64,000 nucleotides of DNA from the human T2T-CHM13v2.0 reference genome, Homo sapiens: NCBI RefSeq assembly GCF_009914755.1, contig NC_060932.1. One strand, 5' to 3'. Both the position numbers and the translations under genes were made by a program. The notes beneath the pieces are model-generated. The model had not been told where the DNA came from. It did not search any database and was given only the letters and a program-made list of their open reading frames with translations. Each line of letters begins with the position of its first letter. Position 1 is the stretch's first letter. Positions 14,950 to 28,843 of this stretch are shown one piece after another.

Positions 14950-15110
14950 AGTGTGCTAGTAAACTGGCTCTGATTTGTAGCTGTTGCTGATTTCAGTGGC
15001 AGAACAATTCCCATGACTACTGATTTCAGGGTACTAACATAAAGTCACTGATCACCAAGCTGGAAAGAGATGTTCACGGTTTGCTGCTGTGAGCCACTAT
15101 GAGTCTTTCC
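14950..15110 (-). mobile_element. MER63-like hAT-Blackjack fragment
   Basis: GTGTGCTAGTAAACTGGCTCTGATTTGTAGC...AAGTCACTGA...GGAAAGAGATG. Confidence 0.55.
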
Positions 15111-15199
15111 CTAGCCTTTTTAGGGAATTTGTCCAGTATGTTTTTTGCATTTGTTTTTTCATGGTTAACTTTACTGACTATAAGATAGGGTAGTGATAG

Positions 15200-15395
15200 G
15201 GTTTAGATGGAGAACCTTAGCTTGGAATCCTGGATTTCTCTGTTACTTACTGTGATTTTGGACAATGTAATATCATTGAGCCTTTTTGTCCTTGACTACA
15301 AAATAAGAATAATACATAACTCTCAGAGGTGTTCAGAAATGAAATATATAAAATATTTGAGAAAAGCCAGCACTTAATAGTGGCTCAACAAATGT
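15200..15395 (+). mobile_element. MIR
   Basis: TGGAATCCTGG...TTACTTACTGTGATTTTGGACAA...GGCTCAACAAATG. Confidence 0.65.
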
Positions 15396-15844
15396 TTTAG
15401 AACCAAGTAAATTATTTCACATGTCAGAAAATGGTAAGTGTTATAAGCAAATACTTTAGTAATGTGATGTCTATCATTGTTTTCTTCTGTTTATTCTTAG
15501 TTTTAAAAAGAAATGAGAAACAGCAGCCCCAAGGACACATGTGAAATTGTCCATTGCTTTTACATAAGGAGGTGGGATTATTTCTCTGTTTTTTTCTTTT
15601 CCTGTACCTCTTCTGGTCCTTAGTGAATCCTTCCTGGAGATCTTAGTCAAGAACAAACATCTTCCCTTTGAGGATGGTAATTAACATGATATATAAGATT
15701 ATTTTGCCCTCTTCTTGCCTAAAAGAAACTCAGCATCATGGTTTCAGCAATTGCTGTATGTGGTTTTCAAAAATATCTAGTATCTCTATGAAAAGGTTTT
15801 GCATTTTAATAAGGATCAGGATTTTGAGTCAAGAGAATGGATAT

Positions 15845-16030
15845 AATAGCTAACATCTTTTCATGTTTACTACATGCTAGAGACTTCACTAAGCCTTTAT
15901 AAAAGGATTATCTCATTTAGTCTTCACAACAACCTATGAGATGGGCACTATTACTTCACTTTACAAATAAGAAATCTGAGACTTAGGAATGTAAATAATT
16001 TGTTCAAGATCACAGAAGTGTAGTGGTTTA
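15845..16030 (-). mobile_element. MIR
   Basis: ATTATCTCATTTAGTCTTCACAACAACCTATGAG...TTTACAAATAAGAAATCTGAGACTTAG. Confidence 0.75.
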
Positions 16031-16289
16031 TCTGTAATTATGGGATTTTAAGCATCAGTGAATTTGTATGTGAGGTAAATTGGGGAAAGAGGAATCTCTG
16101 TAGGGCAGTAACAATCATGCCTCATGGGCAGTCTGCTTGGCTAACTCTATTAATACTTGACCACAATAAGTTCTTTGAGGGCAGGGAGCTTGTTCTATTC
16201 ATCCCAATATGTTCTCATCACTGCCTGGCATGGTGCTTTGCACAAAGTGAGTCCTTAGTAAAGGACAGTTGAACTGAATCTTTAATTTA

Positions 16290-18590
16290 CTGACTAAATT
16301 TTTATAAAACATTTCTGTGATAGATACTTTTCTAGGCACAAGAGGTAGGGTGGTAGAAAAACAAAAGACAGAAAAAAATGTGTTGTTTACATGAAGTTTA
16401 TATTCTATTAGGAGGAGCCTAATACAAAATATAATTAAATTATTTCACACGTTAGAAAATGGTAAGTGCTATAAGAAAACAAGGCAGGATAAAGAAGAAG
16501 AAAAATTGAGTGAAGGGAGTTCAATAAAACGATGGCATTTGAATAGACACTTGAAAGAGTGAAGGTGGTAACCATTACGGTTATGTTCCAGGCAGAGAGA
16601 AGGCCCTGAGGTGGAATGGAAGCATGCCTAACCTGTTCTGGAAAAGCAAGGAGGGTCCCCATGGCTGGAGCAGAATAAGCAAGTGAGAACGTAGGAGGCG
16701 ATGAGGTCAGAGAGTTTGGGGATGTGCATCACACAGGACCTCTCTAACTTTTACTCTGATGAAATGGAAAGCCCCTGGAGGGCTTCGAGGCTCAGTTTTT
16801 TGAAGGTTTCAGAGTGTTAATAATCTGACTTACATTTTAAAAGGATTACTATGACTGAGCTCAGACTGTAGAGTAAAAAAGGCTGGAAGCAGAAAGATCA
16901 ATTAGGAGGGCATTGCAATAATCCACACAAGTCATGATGGTGGCTGGAGCCAGGAAAGTAGCAGGAGAACCAACAGGATTTGAAGGAGGAGAGTCAAAGA
17001 TGATGCCCAGCAACTGGAAGGTTGGGACTACTATAACCTGAGCTGGGGAAGACTGCTAAGAGAGCAGGTTTTGGGGAGAAGATCAGGATTTCAATTCTAG
17101 ACATGTTAAATTTGAGATGTTGATTAGGCCTGTGTCTAGTAGGCAGCTGGATATGGGAACATGGATTTCAGAGGAGAGGATTGGGCTGGAGATTTTTATA
17201 ATAATTGGGAATGATCAGCCTCTCGGTAGAACTCAAAAATGTCATCCAAAAGACCACCAGAATAGCTAAAAGATAAAAAGGACAGCTTTACTGGGAATAT
17301 CAGTTCACAAACTGAAAAGAGTCTCTGGTGTGAATCAAAGGTGTTCTTTCTTTGAAGAGGAGAAGGGCCAGTTGGGTTTTATGCCTCACAGGGTCTGCTT
17401 TACAAAATAGAGTCCTACATATTCAGCAGATTTGGTGGAGAAGCTATATATATTTATGAGGGGAGGTGAGTTACGTGGAATGGATAAACATGTAACATAC
17501 ATCTCATGGCAATTTGGGGGTAGGTACTTAGCATTAAAATGAAGTGGAATTGGGCTCCTTATGTCAAAAGGTGAACTATAGGACACAAAACGATTTGTGT
17601 GCAACCTCTAAAAGCTGGCTGAAATCAGCTTAAGGTCTGCAGTTGCTTATTAAAAAAGAATCTAAGGTCAGTCCTCTGTCCAGCAGAGTTGTAGCGGTCT
17701 GGGTTGTAAACCAGAGTTAGGAAGGGTCTGATAATTTTCCTGATAGCTCCTATCGTTAGGGAGTTTAGCAAGAGTGCAGTTTTTCTTGTAGCTGTAGGAA
17801 TTTGGAAATTTTCTATGCCAGCCAGACCGTGAACCCTCAACCTATAGGTACCTTTTGTTTCCTTAACCTTAGGGTTCTTCTTAGTTGATTAAGGGGCATC
17901 TACTTTTGTCTCTCAGATGATAAAACTGAGAGACCAGAAGAGGATATCAAGAAGAGAAAGAGTTCAAGGACTAAACCTTTAAGGCCTGAAGTCAGAAAAA
18001 AAGAATAAAAATTAACAAAAATATTAATGAAGTATGGTTACAGTTTGGAGAAAAATCAGAACATAGGGCCCTAGAGGAAAAGTAAAAAAAAAAAAAATTA
18101 TGTATCTAAGAGAAAGTAAAGAATGACAGTTAGAAGCTGCTGGTAGGTTAAGTAAGATGAGAATAATGGACCCAGAATTTCACAGTACGACGTCTCTGGT
18201 GACCTTGACAAGAGCAGTTTCAGTGGAGCTTTGGTGGCAAAAGCCTAAATGAAATGAGTTTTGGGACGGTTGGGTGAGATAAATGAAAGATACTGAACAG
18301 AGGTAACTCTTTCAAAGAGTTTTAATATAACAGGCAGCAGAGAAATGGGGCAGCATCTGGAGGGGGAAGAGGAACTAAGAAGAGGTTTATTATCATTATT
18401 ATAATCTCTTAAGTTGGAGAAGTAATAACATGCTTTATGCTGACAGGAAAAACCAGTAGAGATGAAAAATGGGAGATGTAAGACAGATGCAGTTTAAACG
18501 TCATTGTGTAGGAGGGGGGAATGGGATCTTGTGCAAATATGGAGAAGGTGGTTCATAAATAGTTAGAGGAGGGAGGTCCAAGTGTATCTG
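16290..18590 (-). mobile_element. L2 LINE, long fragment interrupted by an LTR
   Basis: L2-like motifs GGCTGGAGCAGA, GATGGTGGCTGGA, ATGTTAAATTTGAGATG, GGTGACCTTGACAAGAGCAGTTTCAGTGGAG. Confidence 0.75.
17240..17920 (-). mobile_element. ERV1 solo LTR (MER39-like)
   Basis: Minus strand begins TCTGAGAGACAAAAGTAGATGCCCCTTAATCAACTAAG...; splits the L2. Confidence 0.65.
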
Positions 18591-18673
18591 TACTGACTCT
18601 TTTAGCCTTCTTTGGCCAAAGATGGCTCAAATTTTTTTTGTTTTTGGTAATATGTATATTCTCTGTAATGGGG

Positions 18674-18674
<1 letters not shown>

Positions 18675-18706
<32 letters not shown>

Positions 18707-18885
18707 AATTATAGCTGTGAGGTATGCATGCATATATGTTTGACATGTGTACATATATGTGTATTACAAACATTTGTACAGTACAAAGATTGTTAATTTG
18801 GGATATATACACACATATATGCACACATACATACATATTTTGTGATATACATATATAGGTGTATATACATATACATGCATATGTA
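18675..18885. repeat. (TG)n / (TA)n / (CA)n microsatellite cluster
   Basis: Direct inspection. Confidence 0.85.
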
Positions 18886-19749
18886 GTCTTATTTTCTGTA
18901 AGGTGGAAAACAAGAACAAATAAATGAATTCTTCTTCTGAGAGATTTCCAAACTCCATAGCACTATAAGGCCACTTAAAAATTTCTGACTTTTTAAAGGC
19001 ATATTGTTAAAGCTCAATTAGTCTTTTTTTAAAAATTTCCTTCTGGTATTAAATTAACATGAAAGAGCAGTTAAGTATATTTAGGACACTTTATTTAAAG
19101 TGTTTTCCAATCAGGAAACAATAAATATTTTTTTAAAGAGTGAATCTTTGAAGCGAGTCAGCTGCTGCTTCTCCCTCCCATAATTGAAGTGAGGGAGAAT
19201 TATATGGAAAGAGTCCAGGACGCTCTTTGGTCCAGACAAAGCTGTGGTGATTAGGAGAATGAATTGCAAATGAGGAAGACAATAGGGAAGAAGGTTCTTT
19301 TATGAAGGGAGAGAGGATGGGTGTTGCAGAAAGGACACTTAATAATGACAATCCAGGCTCAGAAAGCACTTGGGGTTGTGAATAATTCAGCAGCCATTAG
19401 AGAAAAGGAAACCTTTGGAGAATGTCAATCTGTGGACACCAAATTGTACAGTATGGGTGCAACATCTGTGCCCTCCCAGATGGGCCCTGCTGCTGATGGG
19501 TAGACAATAATAAATGCAACCAGTTTATCGAGTACTCTCAAGAAAAATACAAACATGAAATGGCTTTATTTCTCTATGGTTATAGCTCCTAACCATGCTA
19601 TGCCAAATCTCCCTTCCCCATTGAGAGCAAATCCCTTAATTCATTTTAGGAAGATTCCATAATTTTACAGATATTTTCAGTTATTAAAACACCAGTTTAA
19701 AATTTAATCTCATATATCATCCCAAGCTTTCCTTGCTATCATATGTCAG

Positions 19750-21260
19750 GCTTATAGCCAGGGAGATGGGAGGTGTAGGGGCAGGCTATTCCAATACTAT
19801 ACCAAGATGGGGGCTTCTGGTGGTGCAGGAGCATGTACCACCAGCAAGTCCCATGATTGTGGGCACACCTCATAACCTCCTTCACGGTAAAGTGGCTCCT
19901 TTGGTTAAACATTACATTGGTGTGGGGTTCTATGCCTATAAATCAGGCACTCTATTGGTCCTTGGATGATGATGCTGGCTGAGGCAAATTCATACCCAGA
20001 ATAAGTATCTATTTTCATGGGAATGTATCACTGACTCTTCTGGGCTGAAAGGCACCCATTGTAGCCAACTTGCCACCATGTGGCCAGTTGATCTCCTCAA
20101 GGAATAGTGCCAGTCTCAGCTTTGGTCTCTGTTGCTTGTAGGTTGGACATTCAGAGGTGACAATGGCCAGATCAACCTTGGTAAGTGGGAGTCCATGGTG
20201 TTTGTTCCACGCAAAGTTCTGTCTCTGCCACTTTGTTCGTTTGCCTCTTTTTCCAGTGCTTGAGGGTGGCAGCTGACAAAGGCTGACTGATATCAACTGA
20301 CTGATTCATTTCATCTGGTTGGAAATTTACTGCCTTTTCTGTGGTAGATGCCTTCTGATGGGTCTTAATGAGAAATGGGTGGCATCACATTTAGTATTTG
20401 TGCCTATATTGCCTTCTACATGCTTCTATCAGAAATCTTTATTCCCCCAGTCTTTTACCTTCTTGGCCTTGACATGAGTATATATATATATATGCACGCA
20501 CATATGTATGTATATGTGTGTGTATATATGTATGTGTATAAATATGTATATGGTGTGTGTCTGTATGTGTGTGTCTATATATCCCTCAGGCCTTTTCTTT
20601 TTTCATGCAAAATATTTGATCAGTGCACTACCCAAACCACCCTTTGGGAAGATATTCTGTCCACCGACTTCCAAGGCTACCTTTGAGTGAGACAGTAAGG
20701 CAGCTCTTATCCATTTTTGGCTTCTACCTTCCTAGCAAGTCTTTCCAACCATAATCCAGACTTGGGCTTTTTCTTCCTTCCTTAGGTCATCTTACAGGAC
20801 TTCCCATGGCCATCTGTGTAAGCTGAGAGAGAGATGGTGGTGTAACCATGATGGATAACATGGTACTCCCTGCTCATACAGCTTGCCCGTGTCCTCTGTT
20901 CCCAATAAAGCTCCCTTTGAACTGCCTTTGGACCAGCTTGACTTCATTACTTAGTGGGTGAGACAGGACCCAGCTTATGATGGGGAGCTCTGCATGCCCA
21001 TTTACTGGGTGTTTTAAGTATTCCATCTCTACCAGAGCCAAGGAGCATGTCAAGAGCTGTTTTTTGTTTTGTTTTTTTTTCCCCAACACATAATTTTCCA
21101 CAGCAGAAGTCAAGGCTTTGTACCAGAAACCCAGATTCTGCTTTGTGATTCTCCCCCTGGGCTTGCCATAAATACATCTTTTTTCCATCCTTGGCACCTC
21201 ACACACCAGAGGGTTTGTGAGAACCTATTCTCCACATGGCAGGGCTATTTACACGGCAAC
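19750..21260 (-). mobile_element. ERVL internal pol remnant (RT-connection/RNase H and integrase), degraded
   Basis: Minus-strand translations HGLPLTKVDLAIVTSECPTYKQQRP (ERVL integrase HGLPLTKADLATATAECP..QQQRP) and LGFWYKAL..AVENY..KQLLTCSLALVEME..ELPIISWVLS (ERVL pol); TA/TG microsatellite at 20477-20582. Confidence 0.85.
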
Positions 21261-21637
21261 CCGAACCTGATGATGACAACTTTCCTGCTTCAGGCTCCAC
21301 TTACATTCAGCAGTTTCCATGACTCCCAATGTTTGATCTGGAACAGTATTGTTAGGTGTGCAGTGTGTTGCCTCCAAAACTTACCAGAGGCCTAGCAGGT
21401 GTGTGCTTCACTCTGTAATGGTAGATATAGAAATAGAGATAGAAAAGCTGCAGTGAATAGTCTTTTCTTTTTGCTTTTTTAATATACCACCTTGTTGAGG
21501 TATGTTTGATGTATAAGAAGTTGTACATATGTAATTTATACAATTTGAGTTTGGAGATAAGCTTATACCCATGTAACCATCACCACAATCTGTGCCATAA
21601 GCCTATTCATCACCTCTGAAAGTTCCCCTGGCCTTCC

Positions 21638-23190
<1,553 letters not shown>

Positions 23191-23598
23191 AGCTTTTGGC
23201 AAATTCTAATGTACTTTATGTCTCTATTAATTTGATTATTCTGCATATAGAAGCAGAATCACAAAATGTCCTTTTATGTCTGGCTTATTTCATTTAGCAT
23301 GATGTTTAAAAGTTTCATCCATGTTGTAGCACATGTCAGGACTCCATTTTTTAAACGGCTGGATAACCTATTGTATGCATGTACCTTATTTTGTTTATCC
23401 ATTCATCAGTTGATGGATTTTGGGGATGTTTTCACCTTTTGTTTGTTGTGAATAATGTTCTAAAGAACACTGAAATACAATTATCTGTTTGAGTCCCTGT
23501 TTTCATTTTTTGGGGGGTATATATCTAGGAATGGAATTGCTGAATTTTATGGTAATTCTTTTTAACTTTTTGAGGAACTGCCAAATCAGTGCTAATTC

Positions 23599-23896
<298 letters not shown>

Positions 23897-23939
23897 TGCT
23901 AGTTCTTAAGAGGGAGGTATGAGACGTATGTATAGACTA

Positions 23940-24389
23940 AGTGAAAGGAAAATATCTTGGGCCCCCAAAATCACTAAGCTAAAAGGAAAATTCAAGCTGG
24001 AAACTGCTCAGAGCAAACCTGCTTCCCATTCTATTCAAAGTCATCCCTCTGCTCACTGAGGTAAATGCATATTCTGATTGGCTCCTTTGTAAAAGCTAAT
24101 TAGAAACTCAAAAGAATGCAACTATTTGTCTCTCACCTACTTGTGACCTGGAAGACCCCTCCCTGCTTCAAGTTCTCCCCACCTTTTTGGACAAAACCAG
24201 TGTACTTCTTACTGTATTGATTAATGTCTTGTGTCTCCCTAAAGTGTATAAAACCAAGTTGTGCCCTGACCACCTTGGGCACAGGTCATCAGGACTTCCT
24301 GAGGCTGTGTCATGGGCATGCGTCCTCACCCTTGGCAAAATAAACCTTCTAAATTAAATGAGACCTCTCTCAGATTTTCTGGGTTTACA
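23940..24389 (+). mobile_element. MER4A-like ERV1 solo LTR
   Basis: GTGAAAGGAAAATATCTTGGGCCCCCAAAATCACTAAGCT...AATAAAC...GGGTTTACA; 4-bp TSD ACTA. Confidence 0.85.
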
Positions 24390-24445
24390 ACTATGAATGT
24401 TCAGGAGAGTTTGGAAGCCAATATCTTCAAGGTCATACACTTATC

Positions 24446-24987
24446 TGTGTTTAGGGTACGTCTCCAGAGGGAGAGAACCACTAGGATGCATATGAAGGGA
24501 AACCAACTAGGGGAAATTGGCTCACACAATCACAAAAGTGAAGTTCCTGATGGGCCACCTGCAAGCTGGAGAACTAGAGAGGCTGGCAGCATGGTTCAAT
24601 CAAATTCCAAAAGCCTGAGAACCGGGCAACCTGATGGTGCAGCCCTTAGTCTGAGGCTGAAGGCCTGAAAGTCCCTGGGAGGCCTCTGGTGCCAAAAGGC
24701 CAACAAAATTGGAGTGTGATGTCCAAAAGCAGGAGGAGAAAAAGGCATCCTGCTCTGAGACAGAGAGGAAGCAAGAGGTCTCAAGCTGAATATCTCCTCT
24801 CTTCCACCTGCTTTGTCCTAGTAGAGCCCTCAGCCCATGGGATGCTGCCCCCTACTTTGAGGGCAGGACTTTCTCACTCAGTTCACTGACTCACTCACTA
24901 ATCTCATCTGGAAATAACCTTAAAGACACACCCAGACACAGGCATTCCCCCTTCCAGTCACATCAACACTTAACATTAACCATCACA
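24446..24987 (-). mobile_element. MLT2 (ERVL) LTR
   Basis: TCTCCAGAGGGAGAGAACC...GAAATTGGCTCACACAATCACAA...CTGCAAGCTGGAGAA...ATTAACCATCACA. Confidence 0.8.
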
Positions 24988-25639
24988 CTTTCCCATGTAT
25001 CAGGATGTCACATTCCCCAACTAGGGCTCTAACCTTAGAATAACAACCTGGCCTTTTGTGAACATTCAGTTATCTTTGAAAATCAGTCTATCATTTTACT
25101 TTTCCACTTGACTCCCAGGAAACCCTCTCATTCTTGCTATGCCAAATACAGCTACTGGTCATAGAGCTGCTATACATTTTTTCCTTCTCTGTGTCATAAT
25201 ATGTGAAACTTCTCATGTTTATCTAGGTATAGAGCAGAATAAAAAGTTCTCTGTTTAAATTAGATAAGCAAATGAAGATTGAATGCCATTTGCTTCTACT
25301 CACAATCATTGCTAGTCTATACTAGGGCACTTGACTCTGGAGATTAGAGAGAACACACTCTTTTCTCCCCCCTCAGGAAGGTGCCTGGCTCCCATCATTA
25401 AAGAATCTCAGTCTAATGTGGGATGCTTATTGCCTCTTTGTCCTCATCTCTGGTCTCTAGTCACCAATTCTAGAACAGAAATGCCAGTTTCTTCTAACAG
25501 TGAATGGGCAGGAGGGCTTAAGGATTCTGTGTTCTATGCTGCAAGTATACAGAAGTCTGCTCAGGTTGGTAATCACATGGTAGAGCCTCATTCTGAGTGA
25601 AAGCTGCTTCCCTAGTCGCAGGGAAATAATACTTGGGAA

Positions 25640-25870
25640 TGGTGTGGTGTAGTGGCAGGAAGAGCCCACAGGGTAGTCATCAGGAAGTGTGGATGAAAAT
25701 CCAACTCTGCCACCTTCCTACTGCTTGACATTGGGAAAGTCACTTTTCCTTTGTGAGCTACTTTTCTCATTTGTGAAATGAGTTGATTACATTCTCCCAA
25801 TGTGTCATAAAAGTCTGTTTTTGAGAGTTAAATAGGGTTGTGGCTGTGCAAGCACGGTAAAATAATAAAA
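25640..25870 (+). mobile_element. MIR
   Basis: AATCCAACTCTGCCACCTTCCTACTGC...TTTTCTCATTTGTGAAATGAG. Confidence 0.65.
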
Positions 25871-25989
25871 GGTTTTCCTAAGGTAAGGTGATATTCTTAT
25901 GAATGTAGAGTGCTTTCAAGGTCATTTTTGAGAGGTTTGCTTCTGAGGGTGAAGGTTGGTTGAAACACTTTGCATGTAGGCTACCCTTT

Positions 25990-26282
25990 CCATCCACCCA
26001 CCAACCCACCCATCCATCCACCAACCCACCCACCCACTCACCCATCCATCCATCCATCCATCCATCCATCCACCCACCCACCCACCCACCCATCCATTCA
26101 TCCACCCACCCACCCATCCACCCACCCACCCACCCATCCATCCACCCACCCACCCATCCACCCACCCACCCACCCACCCATCCATCCACCCACCCACCCA
26201 CCCACCCATCCATCCACCCACCCATCCATCCATTCATCCATCTATTGGTTCACTCATTCATTTATTCACTAATTCATTCAAC
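25990..26282. repeat. (CCAT/CCAC)n low-complexity tract grading into (CATT)n
   Basis: Direct inspection; source of the spurious HP-rich and WG-rich ORFs. Confidence 0.95.
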
Positions 26283-26500
26283 AATAACTGAGCACTTATC
26301 AAGTGCTGAGTGCTAGAGACATAAAGATGAATGAAAGATTCCTTCATTATTCAAAGAACTCACAATCTAGTGAGAGGAATAAACATACAAAAAGTCATAA
26401 TTCAGTGGAATCAAGGTTTCGATGGAAGTAGGTTGTACAGTATTGGGAGCCCATAGGAGGGGCATCTAACTCCCAGGCAGGTCAGATGAGGTTAAGATCC
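26240..26500 (-). mobile_element. L2 3' fragment
   Basis: CATTCATTCAACAATAACTGAGCACTTA...GTGCTAGAGACATAAAGATGAA...TCAAAGAACTCACAATCTAGTG. Confidence 0.75.
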
Positions 26501-26719
26501 CATCACATGTGAAGGCTGGGAGAGTGAACACATTTTGAATTAGGCTGGACATCTTCTGAGAATTGTCCCATGATAAAAATTACCTCCCTGTTTGTGTTCT
26601 CAGATGCTGCCAATTTTCCTGCCAGGCAACATCTGCTGTATCACCTGTAAGCTTTACGCTAATGATTATTAATGACACTCTCTCCCTGCATTATGGTAGA
26701 TTGCAGGGGAAGCCACAGC

Positions 26720-26827
26720 CAACAGTTCCTCCATAGGGCTTGTGCCGTGGACCACTGCTAAAGGAACCGATGTCAACAGCTCCTCCATAGGGCTTGTGCC
26801 GTGGACCACTGCTAAAGGAACCGATGT
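26720..26827 (+). repeat. 54-bp tandem duplication (2 copies, 1 mismatch)
   Basis: CAACAG(T/C)TCCTCCATAGGGCTTGTGCCGTGGACCACTGCTAAAGGAACCGATGT at 26720-26773 and 26774-26827. Confidence 0.97.
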
Positions 26828-27199
26828 CTTACCTCTGGTTCTGCAGCCCACCCATCAGGAAGCATGCTTGCCTGCAGCAGGCAGGGCCTTAGCTTTTCTT
26901 TTTACGCACCTTCTCTTCCTTGAATATTTCATTTGCATCTTAGGGGTTTTAGCTTTCTCAGAAAAGGGGCTTATTTTCACTCTTTGTGATTTTTTTTTCA
27001 TGTCATCAATTACCAAAGAAAAAAGCAATAGCGGCAGCAGAAGCAACAAAAGCAGATTCCCATATGAACTCACTCATTCAACAAATTTGTACAACAGTGA
27101 GCACAAAACAAATGTTACTGATTTACTGACCAGATCAGTCGCTGCTATGGCCTCTTGTGTGTAAAAAAAATAAGGACTTTCCTATCTCTGACATAACAT

Positions 27200-27440
27200 A
27201 TGGGCATAAGAACCCTTTTCTGGAGTCAGGGAGAACTGAGCTTGAATCCCAGATTCAATATTTTCTAATTATATAACCTTGTACAAGTTGCTTCTTTCTT
27301 CAAGCCTTGGTTTCCTTCTACAGACCTACTTCCATAGGATACTTAGGAGGATTAAATGAGCTCATCCATGTAAAACACTTATCACAGTGCTTGCACACTG
27401 TTGCAGTGCAGTACATGAAAATATTACTACTATTACTGTT
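27200..27440 (+). mobile_element. MIR
   Basis: TCTGGAGTCAG...TTGAATCCCAG...GAGGATTAAATGAG...ATGTAAAACACTTATCACAGTGC. Confidence 0.75.
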
Positions 27441-28097
27441 ATCACTTTTGTCCTGATCCCCCATAGCCTGTTCCCTTCCTTTGGGATTAGGATTAATTTA
27501 AATGGAAAATTCCAAAGCGCAGAAGGGTTCATGGAGAAATTGTCCCCTCTGCACTATTTGCCAGTAGTCAGAGAAGGTTAAACTCTACATCCTCTAATGC
27601 AAACACTCTTACCATTTATAGATCTGAAGTGCTTACTAGACAAATACCATGAGAATGTTTATATATGTTATCCTTTTAAATAGCTCTGAGGGGTGGTGTA
27701 GGATTGCTGACTTATAAATAAAGGATTATGCCTCTTTACCCTAGTTAGTATCATAAACTAACTCTATCTGTTTTGTGGTCTCATCAACCCTACCTAAGTG
27801 TTGTATGGTCCATCCTTCCTCCCCAGTGACCACAGGACAGTCCTAAAAGTGTGTATTGAGATGTACTCACTAGAAAAAGACACTGAACAATTGGTGTTGA
27901 GGAACTGGGCAATGTTCTAAATGGAAAACACTCCCTTCCTTCCTCCTTGTAAAGCAGTTATGAACAATTGGGCCTTACTTTTAAATACTTGGTCTGAATT
28001 ATTAAATTCTTAATATATCTGGGTTATTTAAATACACTATTTTATTTCCTTTCTTAAGAGAGATGTTACTTTGGGCAGTGCCATTAATTTCTTTCTA

Positions 28098-28532
28098 TTA
28101 TTTTAGTCCATTTGTGTGGCTATAAAGGAATACCTGAGGCTGGGTAATTTATGAGGAAAATACGTTTATCTGGCTCATGGTTCTGCAGGCTGTACAAGAA
28201 GCATGGTACCAACATCTGTTTCTGCTCAGGGTCTCAGGCTGCTTCCACTCATAGTAGAAGGCACAGGAGAGGCACTGTGTGCAGAGATCATACAGTGAGA
28301 GAAGAAGTAAGAGGAGGAGGAGAATGTGCCAGGCTCTTTTTAACAATCAGCTCTTGTGGGAACTAAGAGTGAGAAACCACTCATTCTTTTTAAGAATGGC
28401 ACCAAGCCATTCATGAGTCATCTGCCCCCATGATCCAAACACCTCCCACCAAGCCCCGCCTCCAATATTAAGAATCAAATTTCAACAGGAGACTTGGGGT
28501 AGGGGGCAAATGAATCATATCCAAACCATAGC
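28098..28532 (-). mobile_element. MSTB-like MaLR LTR
   Basis: GCTATAAAGGAATACCTGAGGCTGGGTAATTTAT...GGTTCTGCAGGCTGTACAAGAAGCATGG...CCAAACCATAGCA. Confidence 0.88.
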
Positions 28533-28609
28533 ACTATTCCTTATATCTTCTCCCTTTACTCTTGCTGCTGTCATTATTGTGACTCAAAACAAGCATCAAT
28601 ACCAGCTAC

Positions 28610-28837
28610 ACAGGAATAGTAGCTGGTATTTAAGTAGTGTGTCCAGTGTGCCAGGCAGTATTCTAAGTGTGTAGTTAATCATCACAGCATCACAACGTTG
28701 GCATTTTACAGAAGAGAGATTGAGGCACTGAGAGGTTAGGTAAGTATCCCTCAGTCACACAGCTAGCAAGTAGTGAAGCCACATTTTAAACCTCAGCAGC
28801 CCATCTCTAGAGTCGTCAGTCTTGACCACTATGCACA
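28610..28837 (-). mobile_element. MIR
   Basis: GTGCCAGGCAGTATTCTAAG...CATTTTACAGAAGAGAGATTGAGGCACTGAGAGGTTA...GTCACACAGCTAG. Confidence 0.75.
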
Positions 28838-28843
28838 ATTGTC

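Noticed and set aside
19750-21260. Domesticated ERVL gene
   Set aside because: Short frameshifted fragments with deletions and a microsatellite insertion; no maintained ORF.
25878-26316. Four overlapping HP-rich and WG-rich ORFs
   Set aside because: Translations of the stop-free CCAY low-complexity tract, not a gene.
26720-26827. CRISPR-like repeat
   Set aside because: Two abutting copies with no spacer, in a eukaryotic context.
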